Translations under genes and position numbers: made by a program | NCBI GenBank assembly: GCA_001724265.1 | Contig: MEDY01000059.1 | Span: forward strand, 1-64,000 | Direction of reading: 5' to 3' | Origin: Rhizaria sp. SCN 62-66 | Taxonomy: Eukaryota | Length of the DNA stretch: 64,000 bases | Part shown: in pieces, positions 1 to 10,248 of the stretch | Position numbering within the stretch: the first letter of the stretch is position 1 | How the letters are laid out: each line of letters opens with the position of its first letter | Notes under the pieces: model-generated | Seen by the model: the letters and a program-made list of their open reading frames with translations, nothing else | Told to the model about the DNA's origin: nothing | Database searches by the model: none

Positions 1-1
1 C

Positions 2-652
2 GGTCTCTCGTTCCCCGCGCTCAGCGCCGCCGGCTACACCCCTGTGTTCGACTCGATCATGAAGCAGAACCTGCTCTCGGACAACTCGTTCTCGTTCTAT
101 TACGCGCCCCGCGGGACGAACCGCCAGTCGTACGTGGTCCTGGGCGAGCCCGACCGCGACCTCTACACCGGCACGGTCAACTACGTCGAGGTCTCGAAGG
201 AGTTCTACTGGCAGGTCGACATGGTCGACATCCTCGTCGACGGCAAGCCCCTTGGCCTGTGCCCCGACGGCCCCTGCAAGGCCGTCGTCGACACCGGAAC
301 CTCGCTCCAGACGGGCCCGTCCCGCGACATCCACAAGGTGCTCGATGCCATCGGCGCCAAGTCCCGCTCCTGCTCCGGCCTGCAGAACCTGCCCACGATC
401 ACGTACGTGCTCAAGGACAGCAAGGGCGAGCACCGCTACACGCTCGAGCCCAAGTGGTACATGGTCAAGTCCGTTGTGAACCCCAGCATGTGCAAGGAGG
501 GCTTCATGGCGCTCGACGTCCCCAAGCCCCGCGGCCCGCTGTGGATTATCGGCAACGTCTTCATGAAGAAGTACTACACCGTCTACCACCGCGGCGGCAA
601 CAAGAAGGCCTCTGTCGGCTTCGCCGTCGCCAACCACGAGGGCTCCAACTAA
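2..652 (+). CDS. Pepsin-family (A1) aspartic protease, C-terminal part (5' end outside the window)
   Basis: Frame open from base 2 (GLSFPALSAAGYTPVFD...). Contains YWQV, the second catalytic motif VVDTGTSL, ALDVPKPRGPLWIIGNVFMKKYYTVY and VGFA. Ends TAA at 650-652. Confidence 0.93.
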   Translation, partial: GLSFPALSAAGYTPVFDSIMKQNLLSDNSFSFYYAPRGTNRQSYVVLGEPDRDLYTGTVNYVEVSKEFYWQVDMVDILVDGKPLGLCPDGPCKAVVDTGTSLQTGPSRDIHKVLDAIGAKSRSCSGLQNLPTITYVLKDSKGEHRYTLEPKWYMVKSVVNPSMCKEGFMALDVPKPRGPLWIIGNVFMKKYYTVYHRGGNKKASVGFAVANHEGSN

Positions 653-1225
653 GATGTCTGACATCTCTGTTGACTGTGTTGTGATCATGAGCTATGCTGA
701 TCGCAAGTGATTGTTAAACGAAAAAACGTCCGAGAGATCTGAGAGTACTCGTTTTTGTTGTTGTGAGAGTATTTACTGTACGTGCGTTAAATGAAAGAAG
801 CTCTTGCTTTGTTAGATACCAAGACTTTCCTCAATACAATGATATATTAAATCACCTTTACAAGTCGACACACATGGTATAAGTGCGCGTGGCTGTGTGC
901 GTTGCTCAGTGTGTTTCACTAAACGACGACGAGAAATCAGCTATCGCCTCCGTCACTGCGCCTCCTCGGTTACCGCGCCTCTTTCACCTAGGACTTCAAG
1001 TGACTATAAGGTGTCAGCTCACGGAGATGTGTTCTACTGAATTGCTTCTGTACGATGTCTTCAAGTTCCTGCCATGGTTGCTGTGCAACATATTAATACA
1101 TCGTGCTTGCCACAGGTCGGCCTGGACGATGGATGGAGAGCTTTCCAGGGCGAGAGCAACAAAAAAAAAAGCGACGTGCGCACCGGCGGCGCGCATCCAA
1201 GGCTGGGGCTTGCGGAAGCACTGAT

Positions 1226-1240
1226 AAAACAAAAAATAAA
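1226..1240 (-). terminator. RNA polymerase III oligo-T terminator of the tRNA gene
   Basis: TTTATTTTTTGTTTT lies immediately 3' of the tRNA on the minus strand. Confidence 0.75.
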
Positions 1241-1241
1241 C

Positions 1242-1313
1242 GGGGGTCGGCGGGAGTTGAACCCGCTACCACCTCTACCCTAAAGAGGTATGATACCGTT
1301 ACACCACGACCCC
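1242..1313 (-). tRNA. tRNA-Pro, anticodon AGG
   Basis: 72-nt minus-strand cloverleaf: acceptor GGGGTCG/CGACCCC, anticodon arm CCTCT-TTAGGGT-AGAGG (AGG at 1279-1281), T-arm GCGGG-TTCAACT-CCCGC. No intron and no encoded CCA. Confidence 0.95.
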
Positions 1314-1632
1314 TGAAACCCAACGATTTAAGTAGCGATTGAGGAAAAATTTTGGATACAAGAGTTTATTTATTACGCCAGAATCTAGTGACGACGGCTG
1401 GGACAAAAAATTAGCCCACAATCGTGTCACAACAAAATGATTGAAAACATTCATGTTAACAATAATATTGCAAGTTTACTCCGATAACGCGTGTACGATA
1501 ATATTTATTCGTAGTTGAACTACTACTTCTAAAATTTGCGCCTTGCAATAATATTTACTCGTACGCGCGTAAGCGCCAAGGGTCAAGGGAGACTGTAGCG
1601 GGGATGAGCTTGCCTGCTCGTTCCTCTCGTTC

Positions 1633-2124
1633 ATGTCCCATATTGGGCGCCGCATTGCGTCTGCGCTGCCTGCGATCAAGGCTGCCGCGCCGTACGTCTA
1701 CAACGCGTTTAAGACAATTCATGACGTGAGTGTAGATCAGCTCGGTCCTCAGGTTTCTGGCGGCCAGCATGGTCTGCCGCTCAAGTCTGCTGGCATTGGG
1801 TGGCGAGGTGGATCAATCACCACTGCAGTATTTATAACAACACTACAGTAACAGTCTGATTTTAACTTTGAAAGTAATCACAGACGGCGTTGGTCTTGTT
1901 CTACACTGACATCAACAGTGTTTGTTGGGGTTGTTCTTGTGTCTCGTGTGTTGTCCGTGCAATGCCCAACGCTGCCGCTGCCGCTGCCTCTGCCGCTGCC
2001 TCTGCCGCTGCCGCCGCCGCCGCCGCCGTTGCCGTTGCTGCGCGGCGACACCACTGTCATTACCAAGTCAACACGACGGTCCAGCCGGGCGCTGATAATC
2101 AACCCTAAAGAGAGATTATACTAA
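1633..2124 (+). CDS. Possible small hypothetical gene (structure unresolved; possible intron ~1808-1883)
   Basis: ATG-initiated GC-richer ORF (MSHIGRRIASALPAIKAAAP...), then an AT-rich gap ending in CAG, then a GCC/GCT-repeat segment. The splice phase is ambiguous and no family was recognised. Confidence 0.25.
1971..2040 (+). repeat. Imperfect (GCCGCT)n/(GCC)n microsatellite
   Basis: gctgccgctgccgctgcctctgccgctg...ccgccgccg read directly from the sequence. Confidence 0.8.
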
Positions 2125-2182
2125 AAGTCCATATATGAATACGATACGTATACGTATTCGATTCAAAGAGTAATACACAATT

Positions 2183-3817
2183 TTAACTCTGACTATTACT
2201 ACGCATGCACTAAAGCAGACTGCGCAGCTGCGTAAGCTGATCTTGCGCGGAGCTGCCTTGCGTGCAACACTCAGCGTCCTGCAGTTCTGCTAGTAGCTGC
2301 TCGCCATGATGTGAGATGAAATCTGCAGCAACATGGCCTGCAGTTTTGTTGCCATCAGCCGCGTCAGACAATGTCAGAGGATCGCTGTTCTCAATCATCG
2401 TCCGCAGCACGCGCAAGAGGGCTGTAACTGTGTCACCGCTGATGCACTTCTTGCTACTCGCCAGAGTGCCACTGTTGCGCGTTGTCAGCGCAAGTAGCCG
2501 CAAGCAGTACAAGTGCGCCCCCTTGTTGTGCATCGCTTGCGTCATCCTAACGCGATCAGTGGCCGTCGCCAGCAACGCATCAAAGAGATGCGCTGCGTTT
2601 GACAGAAGATTACAGCGACCTCTGTCAGAGTCCTCATTATCGGTCACGCTGTCATCATTATGGTCGTCGTTATCATCGCTTACATCGAGCTCATGACCAT
2701 ATTTCGAGACATCAAACTCATCAAGAACGTCACCACCCGTCCCAAACACCAACTGCGTCGCTAGCGCGGGCGCACACCTGCCAATACGGTCGACAATTGC
2801 TGAGAAACGAGCGAGGTCATCATCGCTCCAGCTGTCTGACGGAGGCGTTGTGAAGCATGACTGAGAGAGTATTTCGGCATGTTGCGCCGAGAAAACGGAT
2901 GCAATCTCATTGTCACTGAGTTTGTCGAGGCAGATGCAAAGAAAAGTAAGATGCGAGCTGGATTTAAGGTTGATCGTTTTGAGAACAAGATCAAACTCTG
3001 GACTCAGAGCAAGCGCGCGCGCGTCCGCAGCGCGTGCGTCAAAGGCGCTGGGGTCGCGATGATAGCCGACGAGCACGATGAGACAAGAGCACACCGAGTC
3101 GATGAGGAGGCTAGAGAACGATTCAATAGAATGTTCGCTGTTTTTGCGGTGTCCTTCCAAGAAGCACCGAAGCACGTGGCGTAGCAGGACCAAGAAGCCC
3201 GACGTCGCGGCGTACGGAGGAGCGTTGTCGCCGACAGTGCAGAGGTAAAGCACTGCGGTGAGGCATTGCCCAAACCCGCTGTCAGCGGGGGAGTCAAACC
3301 GGATAATAATGTCATCAGAAACAACAGGCACACGGGGGAACAACGAATTTGCTGCTGTTTCCGCGTAGGCAAGCAAGTTCGCCAAGGTATCGACTTTGAC
3401 CGCCAAGGAGAAGTCAGGATCGCTGTACAGACGACGGCAGAAGATGTTCTCTATGGCAACGAAAATGCGCAGCACTTCTTCAGAAGTCCTACAGCGCATA
3501 AGATGCCGAGAAAGCTGCGACAGTACGTTGCTTTGGACAGGTAAGCGCCTGTCAATGTCGTGACCTTCAAACATCCGAATGAGGATATCACGTCGTGCAC
3601 CACCCACACAGTCGCCGCTAAGCTCGAACGAGCGCATTAGGAACTCGATAACGCCACTCTCGTTGATGATATGAAAGGCACTCTCGATATGTTGACACTT
3701 TCCAATCGCAGCCGTGAGTTCGCAAAGCTGATAGAGACTCAGGTTGAGAGAGATGACGGTGGCAATTCGGATGCTCAGCTGGAGGAGACGGAAACACTCA
3801 GCTTTCTGTTGTTGCAT
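2183..3817 (-). CDS. Hypothetical alpha-helical (possibly ARM/HEAT-like) protein; ends at TAA 2183-2185 if the TAG at 2210-2212 is sense
   Basis: 535-codon ORF with Leu-rich helical character and an acidic patch. After the TAG the frame continues CMRSNSQS and then TAA. GC content is lower than in neighbouring genes. Confidence 0.7.
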
Positions 3818-4736
3818 GAAGGGCGGAAGATAAAGTCAGCCGTCAGAACGGAATTGTTACTCTACAATCAAATTTCACGCATTTGAAAGTGTTTTCGCTC
3901 GTATTGCTGTTCAACAAACAGGTAATAACAGCTTAGTGATGTCGAAAATAAGGGAAAAACGAACGGGTAGGGTGGCAAATCTTGTTGAGAAAAAAGGCAT
4001 CAGGATATGGTGACAGCTAGCAATTTTCGAGCAATCAACAAACATATCCCAAATAAACATCTTCTAAATCCAGCAGTCAAAACTATTCCAACACATTTCA
4101 CGTTGTAATTAAAACAAGCAATGAGATAAGCTACACGACCGATGGATCATTGAGATCCACGAGATCCACCACGAACTAGGTGAATGCACAAACAAGCAGC
4201 TTCAGGTCGATACGAGGCTTTTGTCCGCAGCTGCACGGGAATCTAACATTATTTTCAGCTTTAATTTGTATGTTAGCAGATTATACTCGATGTATAGCTC
4301 GAGGGTCAAGTGTTATTGCTGTTTCAAAATGATGATTGCCTATTTCGGTTGCCTGTTCCGGTTGTTTCTGGTGTCAATGCTCATTAAGGTTTCTCCGTGA
4401 GATTAAGAAATACTATAACAAAGACATGATCAAGTGTCTTTGTTTGTATCTCTCAATCTCACGCCAGACACAGCTCAGCTTGACGAGACGACATCTCCCA
4501 AAATGACGCATTAACGAGTAACCGTAACCAAGAGAGTCATTTAAACAAAGCTCTGTGCAGATAGAAAGGCTATGGCCCTGTTGTGACTATCGCGGGGTTT
4601 CACTAAGTAGCTTGGAATTGGCCTTATGTACACGCAGAAACTTACTCTATGCCCATCCGCTCAGACGATCAACCAATTGTCCAACATTTGTTTGACACTG
4701 CGTCAGCTGCTGGGTCTCATAACACTTCCCTTCACT

Positions 4737-5432
4737 TCACTTGGCGGGCGCGGCGTTGATCTTCTGGTACACGACGGGGTCGATAAAGGCGAGCTTGTCT
4801 GCGCCAATGTGGGCCTCCTCACGCGCGGGCACAAGCGCATTGTCGCGGCCGTGCGCGATGTAGAGCTGCCCCGTCAGCAGGTCCACGTCCCCGCCCGCGG
4901 CCAGTACGGCGCGCGGCGCGTTCGCCGCGGCGCCCACGGCCGGCAGCGCCGCGGCCAGCGCAGGCATGTGTTCCGCGTGCGCGTGCGCGTCAAAGCAGGG
5001 CAGGCGCGTGGCCATGACAGCCTTAAGCGTCGCAGAGGGCAGGTGCGTCTCGAGCAGCGCACGCGCGTGCGGGGACAGAGGCGCGTGGGACCGCGCCAGC
5101 AGGAACGCGCCGATGTAGAGCTAAGCGGACACAGGGAACAAAAAACAAGGCGAAAACAAGGCGAAAACAAACACAACAACACGAGATGAGCGATCGCAAC
5201 GACAAACAGAGAAACAGAAGCAAGATTCTCATCAAAACACAGAGCGATTGAACAGTACGGCAGACACCAAGAGCAAGAAAAACGCATCAACAGAATAGAA
5301 ATGTACCTTAGGATCAGCAGGCTTGTCGACAACCATGCATGCGAGGGCATCGCGGAGGGCAGAGTGGATCTGGGAGGCATAGTCCTTCATATTTTGCACC
5401 TCCTGTTGTAGTGCCAGCTCGCCTTGCGACAT
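4737..5432 (-). CDS. Small protein with a Dpy-30/RIIa-like dimerization-docking motif; exons 5307-5432 and 4737-5120
   Basis: Removing the GTACAT...TTAG intron (5121-5306) joins ALRDALACMVVDKPADPK|LYIGAFLL, which matches the L..L....P.DP..Y....L Dpy-30/RIIa pattern. Ends TGA. Confidence 0.72.
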
Positions 5433-5710
5433 AGAGGGCTAAGAAGTGCGCCCCAAGAGATGTAAAAAGAAAAGAAGTGCAATGAGCTTATGTTAATATC
5501 CAAAACGTCAATGAGAATGCTTCTATCGGATTGGTTAAAGCACACCAGGGTGTGTTTTAGCTCAAACAGAAACTGACTCTCCCCCGGCCGGTTCGCGAAA
5601 AATCGGGGGGTTGGCGAGGCTGAAAGTAGTAAAGGGCAAGGGAGTGGGGGGTGATGAGGGACATGGTTTTGAGAGACGGGTGTCGCACAGAGTGGCTACA
5701 CACTATTCTA

Positions 5711-7768
5711 ATGAGTGTGTCTAGGGGAGTATTAATCCTCCTCGCTGTGGTGTTCGCTGCCCAGTGCAGTGTTCAGGCGCTTGATGACGCGCTGGTCACG
5801 TACGTTCCTTGTCTATCCTGCTCCTCTCTCGCCCCTTTCTCTCCCCACTTTAGACCTCTGCAAACCCACTATTGGTTCTTTTTCTATTTTGACCAGGTTA
5901 ACAAAGTGCTCTTGTACCAATGTTCTGCGTCCTATTGCGCAACCTGTCAAGGAAACCGTCTCTATGCTCGTCGTTTTGCCCGCTCACCTTCGTCCTTTTG
6001 TTCCTTGCTCTCTTCCTCCCTCTTTAGTTGCCAAATTTGCGAAGATGTGGTACAGACGTGGCACGATCGCTGGCGCTGCGCAGGTACGCTTGTAATCTTT
6101 TTTTTCCTTCATCACTCCCGCGTAACCCACCATTATCATCCACAAATGTCCACATCTCTCACTCTCCTAACTCCTCCTTCTGCCACAACTTCCTCTGCTC
6201 CCTTTTTCTTAGGTGAGAGCAACTCTCCGGAAGTTGTTCGCATCTGCGACGGCCCTGTGTTCGATTGCAACCAGTCCCCGGACCCCGCGTCGTGCAACGC
6301 GCTGATCGCGGACCTCCGCACGACGGAGACTGCGGCGAAGCTCTGGAAGGCGCTGCGCCGCGAGGGCGACTTCTACCAGGCGTGCAGCGACCTGGAGAAG
6401 TGCCCCGACGACACGGCCTGCAAGACGGCGCTGTCGGCCTCGGAGTGCGCCAACGAGTCGACGTGCGACGCTATCAATGTGTGCAGTGCCGAGTGCTACA
6501 ACTGCTACCGCCTCGTGTCGGAGTGGCCCGTGTTCCAGGAGGCGTGTCTGCCGCAGGACGCCATCGTGCCCAACGAGCTCGAGCACAACACAGTCGCCGA
6601 CATCCACGAGTACACGCCCATCGTGCTCCCGGGCGCGCCACCGGCGCCCAAGCCCGCGATGGACTCGGAGGAGGCCGACAAGGCCGTGGCCGACGCCGAC
6701 GCCGCCGTGGACTCGATTACGTCAGACGCCACCGAGGCCAGTTTGCTCGACCAGACGCGCTCCCGCGTCACCGCCATGGCGGCCCAGCCGCTGCTGCAGA
6801 CGTCGGCCGCGCTGGGCGAGCTGGCGGGCGTGTTCTCGTCGCGTGACGAGCTTGACTACCAGACGCTGTCGCTGCGCCTCGCGGCCCACGCCGACCTGCC
6901 GCTCTATTCGCACCAGTACGATGGCGCGCGCGCGCCCGCAGCCTCGGCGCCTAAGGGCCTGGGCCCCGCCGCCGCCGCCTCGCTCATGGAGGCGGGCGAG
7001 TCCGAGTCGATCCGCTCCACGCTGGCGGCGCAGGAGGCCCTTGCGGCTTACCGCTCCGCGCGCGCCGCCGTCGCCAAGATCCGCGCCGCCAAGGCCGAGG
7101 TCATCAACACCTTCGCGCTCAGCGACCAGCCGAGCTACGGCGCCGGCGGCGCGTCGATGATGGAGACGGACGCGGCGGCGGAGCAGGATCTGCAGCTGGG
7201 CGTCGGCACCGACGTCGACTCGCTGCCCGACCCCTTCGCCGAGGGCCGCGCCGCAGCGGCCTCGTACAAGCACGCGCAGTACCTCTCGGCCTCGCGCGCG
7301 CGCCCCCCCGCGCGCGGCTTTTCCGCCCGCGACGCCCAGGGCGTCTTCCTCGAGCTCGGCACCGCTGTGCGCGGCAACTCGGACGACGCGGTCGCGGCGA
7401 AGCAGGACGCTGCGCAGGAGAGCAGACTGCAGCAGGAGGCGACTGCGTCGCAGACAGCGCAGAAGGCCAAGGCGGAGGACCAGACGATCGACTACGCCGT
7501 GCGCGAGCCGCGGTGCTGGAGCATGTGGAAGGAGCTGGGTGAGATCCGCCGCGCGCGCTTCTTCATGTCGTACAAGAAGACGACGATGCCGTCGCTGAAC
7601 CCCGACGATATGGCGCAGGGCCTGGGCTGGGACGCGCACTCGGTGTGCAAGTGCCTGCAGAAGTGCCCCATGGACCCCGGAGAGACGCTCCAGATGGCCA
7701 ACTCGTGCAAGTATACGCGCGCCCACGAGTTCCTCATGAAGGTCGCCTTCCCCACGCTCCAGAAGTAA
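5711..7768 (+). CDS. Secreted Cys-rich protein (saposin-like CxxC patterns) with a central Ala-rich insertion; probable 5' introns
   Basis: Signal-peptide-like MSVSRGVLILLAVVFAAQCSVQA. Cys clusters CQICEDVV, CSDLEKC, CYNCYRLV and CKCLQKC. Clear intron 6084-6212 (GTACGC...TTAG); tentative introns 5800-5853 and 5914-6027. Ends TAA. Confidence 0.7.
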   Translation: MSVSRGVLILLAVVFAAQCSVQALDDALVTYVPCLSCSSLAPFSPHFRPLQTHYWFFFYFDQVNKVLLYQCSASYCATCQGNRLYARRFARSPSSFCSLLSSSLFSCQICEDVVQTWHDRWRCAGTLVIFFFLHHSRVTHHYHPQMSTSLTLLTPPSATTSSAPFFLGESNSPEVVRICDGPVFDCNQSPDPASCNALIADLRTTETAAKLWKALRREGDFYQACSDLEKCPDDTACKTALSASECANESTCDAINVCSAECYNCYRLVSEWPVFQEACLPQDAIVPNELEHNTVADIHEYTPIVLPGAPPAPKPAMDSEEADKAVADADAAVDSITSDATEASLLDQTRSRVTAMAAQPLLQTSAALGELAGVFSSRDELDYQTLSLRLAAHADLPLYSHQYDGARAPAASAPKGLGPAAAASLMEAGESESIRSTLAAQEALAAYRSARAAVAKIRAAKAEVINTFALSDQPSYGAGGASMMETDAAAEQDLQLGVGTDVDSLPDPFAEGRAAAASYKHAQYLSASRARPPARGFSARDAQGVFLELGTAVRGNSDDAVAAKQDAAQESRLQQEATASQTAQKAKAEDQTIDYAVREPRCWSMWKELGEIRRARFFMSYKKTTMPSLNPDDMAQGLGWDAHSVCKCLQKCPMDPGETLQMANSCKYTRAHEFLMKVAFPTLQK

Positions 7769-8344
7769 GCGAGCAAGCAAGTACGCGAGTCAGCGAGCCT
7801 GCGGTGCAGGGTGTTTGGTGGATGGAGGAAAACAACAACAGAGGGCTCGGGCAAGGCGCGTGTGTCGCGCCGGTGCTTTGGGCTCAGACTGAGGGAAGGG
7901 CATTGTGGGCTCGCGGCGTCGCGCCGGAGCACCGCAACGAACTACTGCTGCGGGCGACGACTGCCAGTTAGTTATAGTTAGGATGGCGGTATATTAGGTT
8001 TGCAACGGGAGCAATCATACTACTGAGTTGAAAGTTAAAGTCATTCATATACGTCTATTTTTTTTTCGCAATGACTACTGATATAAATACAAACAAACAA
8101 AATTCAATACTCATGTGCCTCGAGATGTCATTTCTTTCAGACTTGACTTTGGTAGCAAGTATTTTATCCAAGTGTTAATTGCGTTTTTTATTCTTTTTGT
8201 TTCTTTTTACAAATAATACTTGTTATATTACACCACTTAAACAAAGCGTTCATTGCATTAATACTTTCTTGTTGTTGATACTTTCAATACGAAGGATGAC
8301 ACTCATTTCACATCAGCTTGCTGCTGGCCACGAACACTACCGGC

Positions 8345-9646
8345 TTAGAACTCGTCTCCGACGGCGTCGGCGTCGACCTCGGTGACGGGCCCGCCCTCAT
8401 CCTCGGTGACCTTGGAGGCGGCGATGAGGGCGAGCTTGTCGCGCTCGCTCTGCTCGGCCGCGCGGTTGAGGATCTTGTTCTTGACGAGGTCGTGCAGCGC
8501 CGTTACGGACCGCACCAGCGCGGCGATGTACAGCACCATCAGGTTGTCGTTGGTCTTGGTCGTCAGCGCCTCGGCCAGCTCGGGCCGCGCCACGTCGGGC
8601 ACCAGGTGGAACGCGTTCTGGATGTTGTAAAGCACCTTGTTGTTGGCGGGGAGCTCGCCCGCGCACACTTTGTCGAGGTACGCGTACACCTCGTGCATGC
8701 GCGTCTCGAGCGCGCGCAGCGAGGCGAGGCGCTGCCCCACGACGTCGGTGATAGAGCTGAGGCGCGCGTCCTTGATCTCGCGCAGCAGATGCTCGACGCC
8801 GATCTCCTCCGCCTCCTCGGCGCCGATCTCGCTAGGCAGGTGGTGGAAATGGAACGACGCCGAGGACCCGGGCTCGGGGGCCGCGGGCAGCGCCACGTAA
8901 GCCTTGGTAGGGATCTCGTCCGCGTTGTCCTTGATGGCGACGTCGACGATCACGAACACGGGGTTGTTGACGTACTTACGCATGATCTCGTTGATGTCCT
9001 GGTCCGCGGGCCGGATGCGCGGGCCCGTCGAGTACCAGCCCAGCACCTTCTCAGACGCGTTGACCTTCTTGAACATCGCGAACATCGCCTCGTGATAGTT
9101 GCGGTCGAAGTACCACGTGTTGGGATTCTTCGGGTCCTCCTCGAACGGCACTGTGGGAGCGGCGGTAGCAACAGCAGCAGGTGAGATGTCAGCGGAGAGA
9201 CAATGCAAGGAAGAAAGCGTGAGCAAGAGAGACACAAAGAGCGTCGATTCAATAAAACAAGATGGGTAACATACTGATCAATAGAATATCACAAAATCAG
9301 GCACATAGAGCTTTAGTAGGACTGAAAATGCGAGTATAAAGCACTGTGATGTGAGAAGTGAGCAGTAACTGGACGTACCGGCGTAGGAGTTGGTGACATC
9401 GACGGTGGTGCCGTGCGAAGTACCGAGGAGGACACCACAGACGCGCTTGTTGGTGTTCTCGGCGATGCGGTGGTAGTGGTCGACGACGGAGAGCAGCACA
9501 AGCGGGTGCACGACGACCTTAGTGGGCAGCGCGGTGAGCGCCTTCTTCTGGACGTCCTCCTCTTCCTGGATCAGCAGCTCGAAGTTGTCCGTCTCGGGCG
9601 CCGCGGCGGGCGCCAGCGCGGGCGTAGACACCTGCTTCTCAGCCAT
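8345..9646 (-). CDS. RPN8: 26S proteasome lid subunit Rpn8/PSMD7; exons 9379-9646 and 8345-9150
   Basis: MPN domain [55 protein letters not shown] and [15 protein letters not shown]...CAG intron at 9151-9378. Ends TAA. Confidence 0.97.
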
Positions 9647-10248
9647 CGGGGTCGGGGAAAGTGAGGAACGCGGGGGCGGAGGCCGGGCGTTGGGGTGTAG
9701 TCACAGAACAACCGAGAGGGGTTTGTGGCGGTTGGATCTCACTCGAACTGCACGCTAGGTTTAACGTGGCAAGCTCGAACTGAAGAAAATGCAAAAAGCG
9801 AAACTGTATCTATAGAACAAGATCTCCTCCAAAACAAAGGTAGATCGCTGTTTCACTGGACACAAGGCCGACAAAAGCCACGACAATTCCAGACCTCACT
9901 GTGATCAAACCAAGTCGAAGCGATCGATCGAGCTAGTGTCTGCAGGCTCCAAAACTGATTTGTGGTCAGCTGGAAAGTTAGGCCGGCGATCGGACGACCC
10001 AGAGCCAGAGACAGAGGCCAAAAGGAGCAAATTTCAAAGCGCTGTATCTCGGTCCATTTTCGTCAAAGCTACTCATAGATCATTTATGGAACAGTTACCA
10101 TCTGGAAGTATCATTGAATTCTTTCACAAAGCCACAAACTCATGTTTACCCTTCCGTTTCTGTTGTGCTTTCTCTCGCCTCATCGCCTTGCTTTTAACCC
10201 TTTCATCCCCACTCTCGTCTTGTTGTTTTCCAGTGTGTGACGCCACCA

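Noticed and set aside
1242-1313. The tRNA as the UAG-decoding tRNA (its loop contains TTAG)
   Set aside because: The 7-nt loop TT-AGG-GT centres on AGG (Pro), not CUA. Any UAG-reading tRNA must lie elsewhere.
883-1342. Short ORFs around the tRNA
   Set aside because: No recognisable motifs, non-ATG starts or overlap with the tRNA and poly-A run, and atypical composition.
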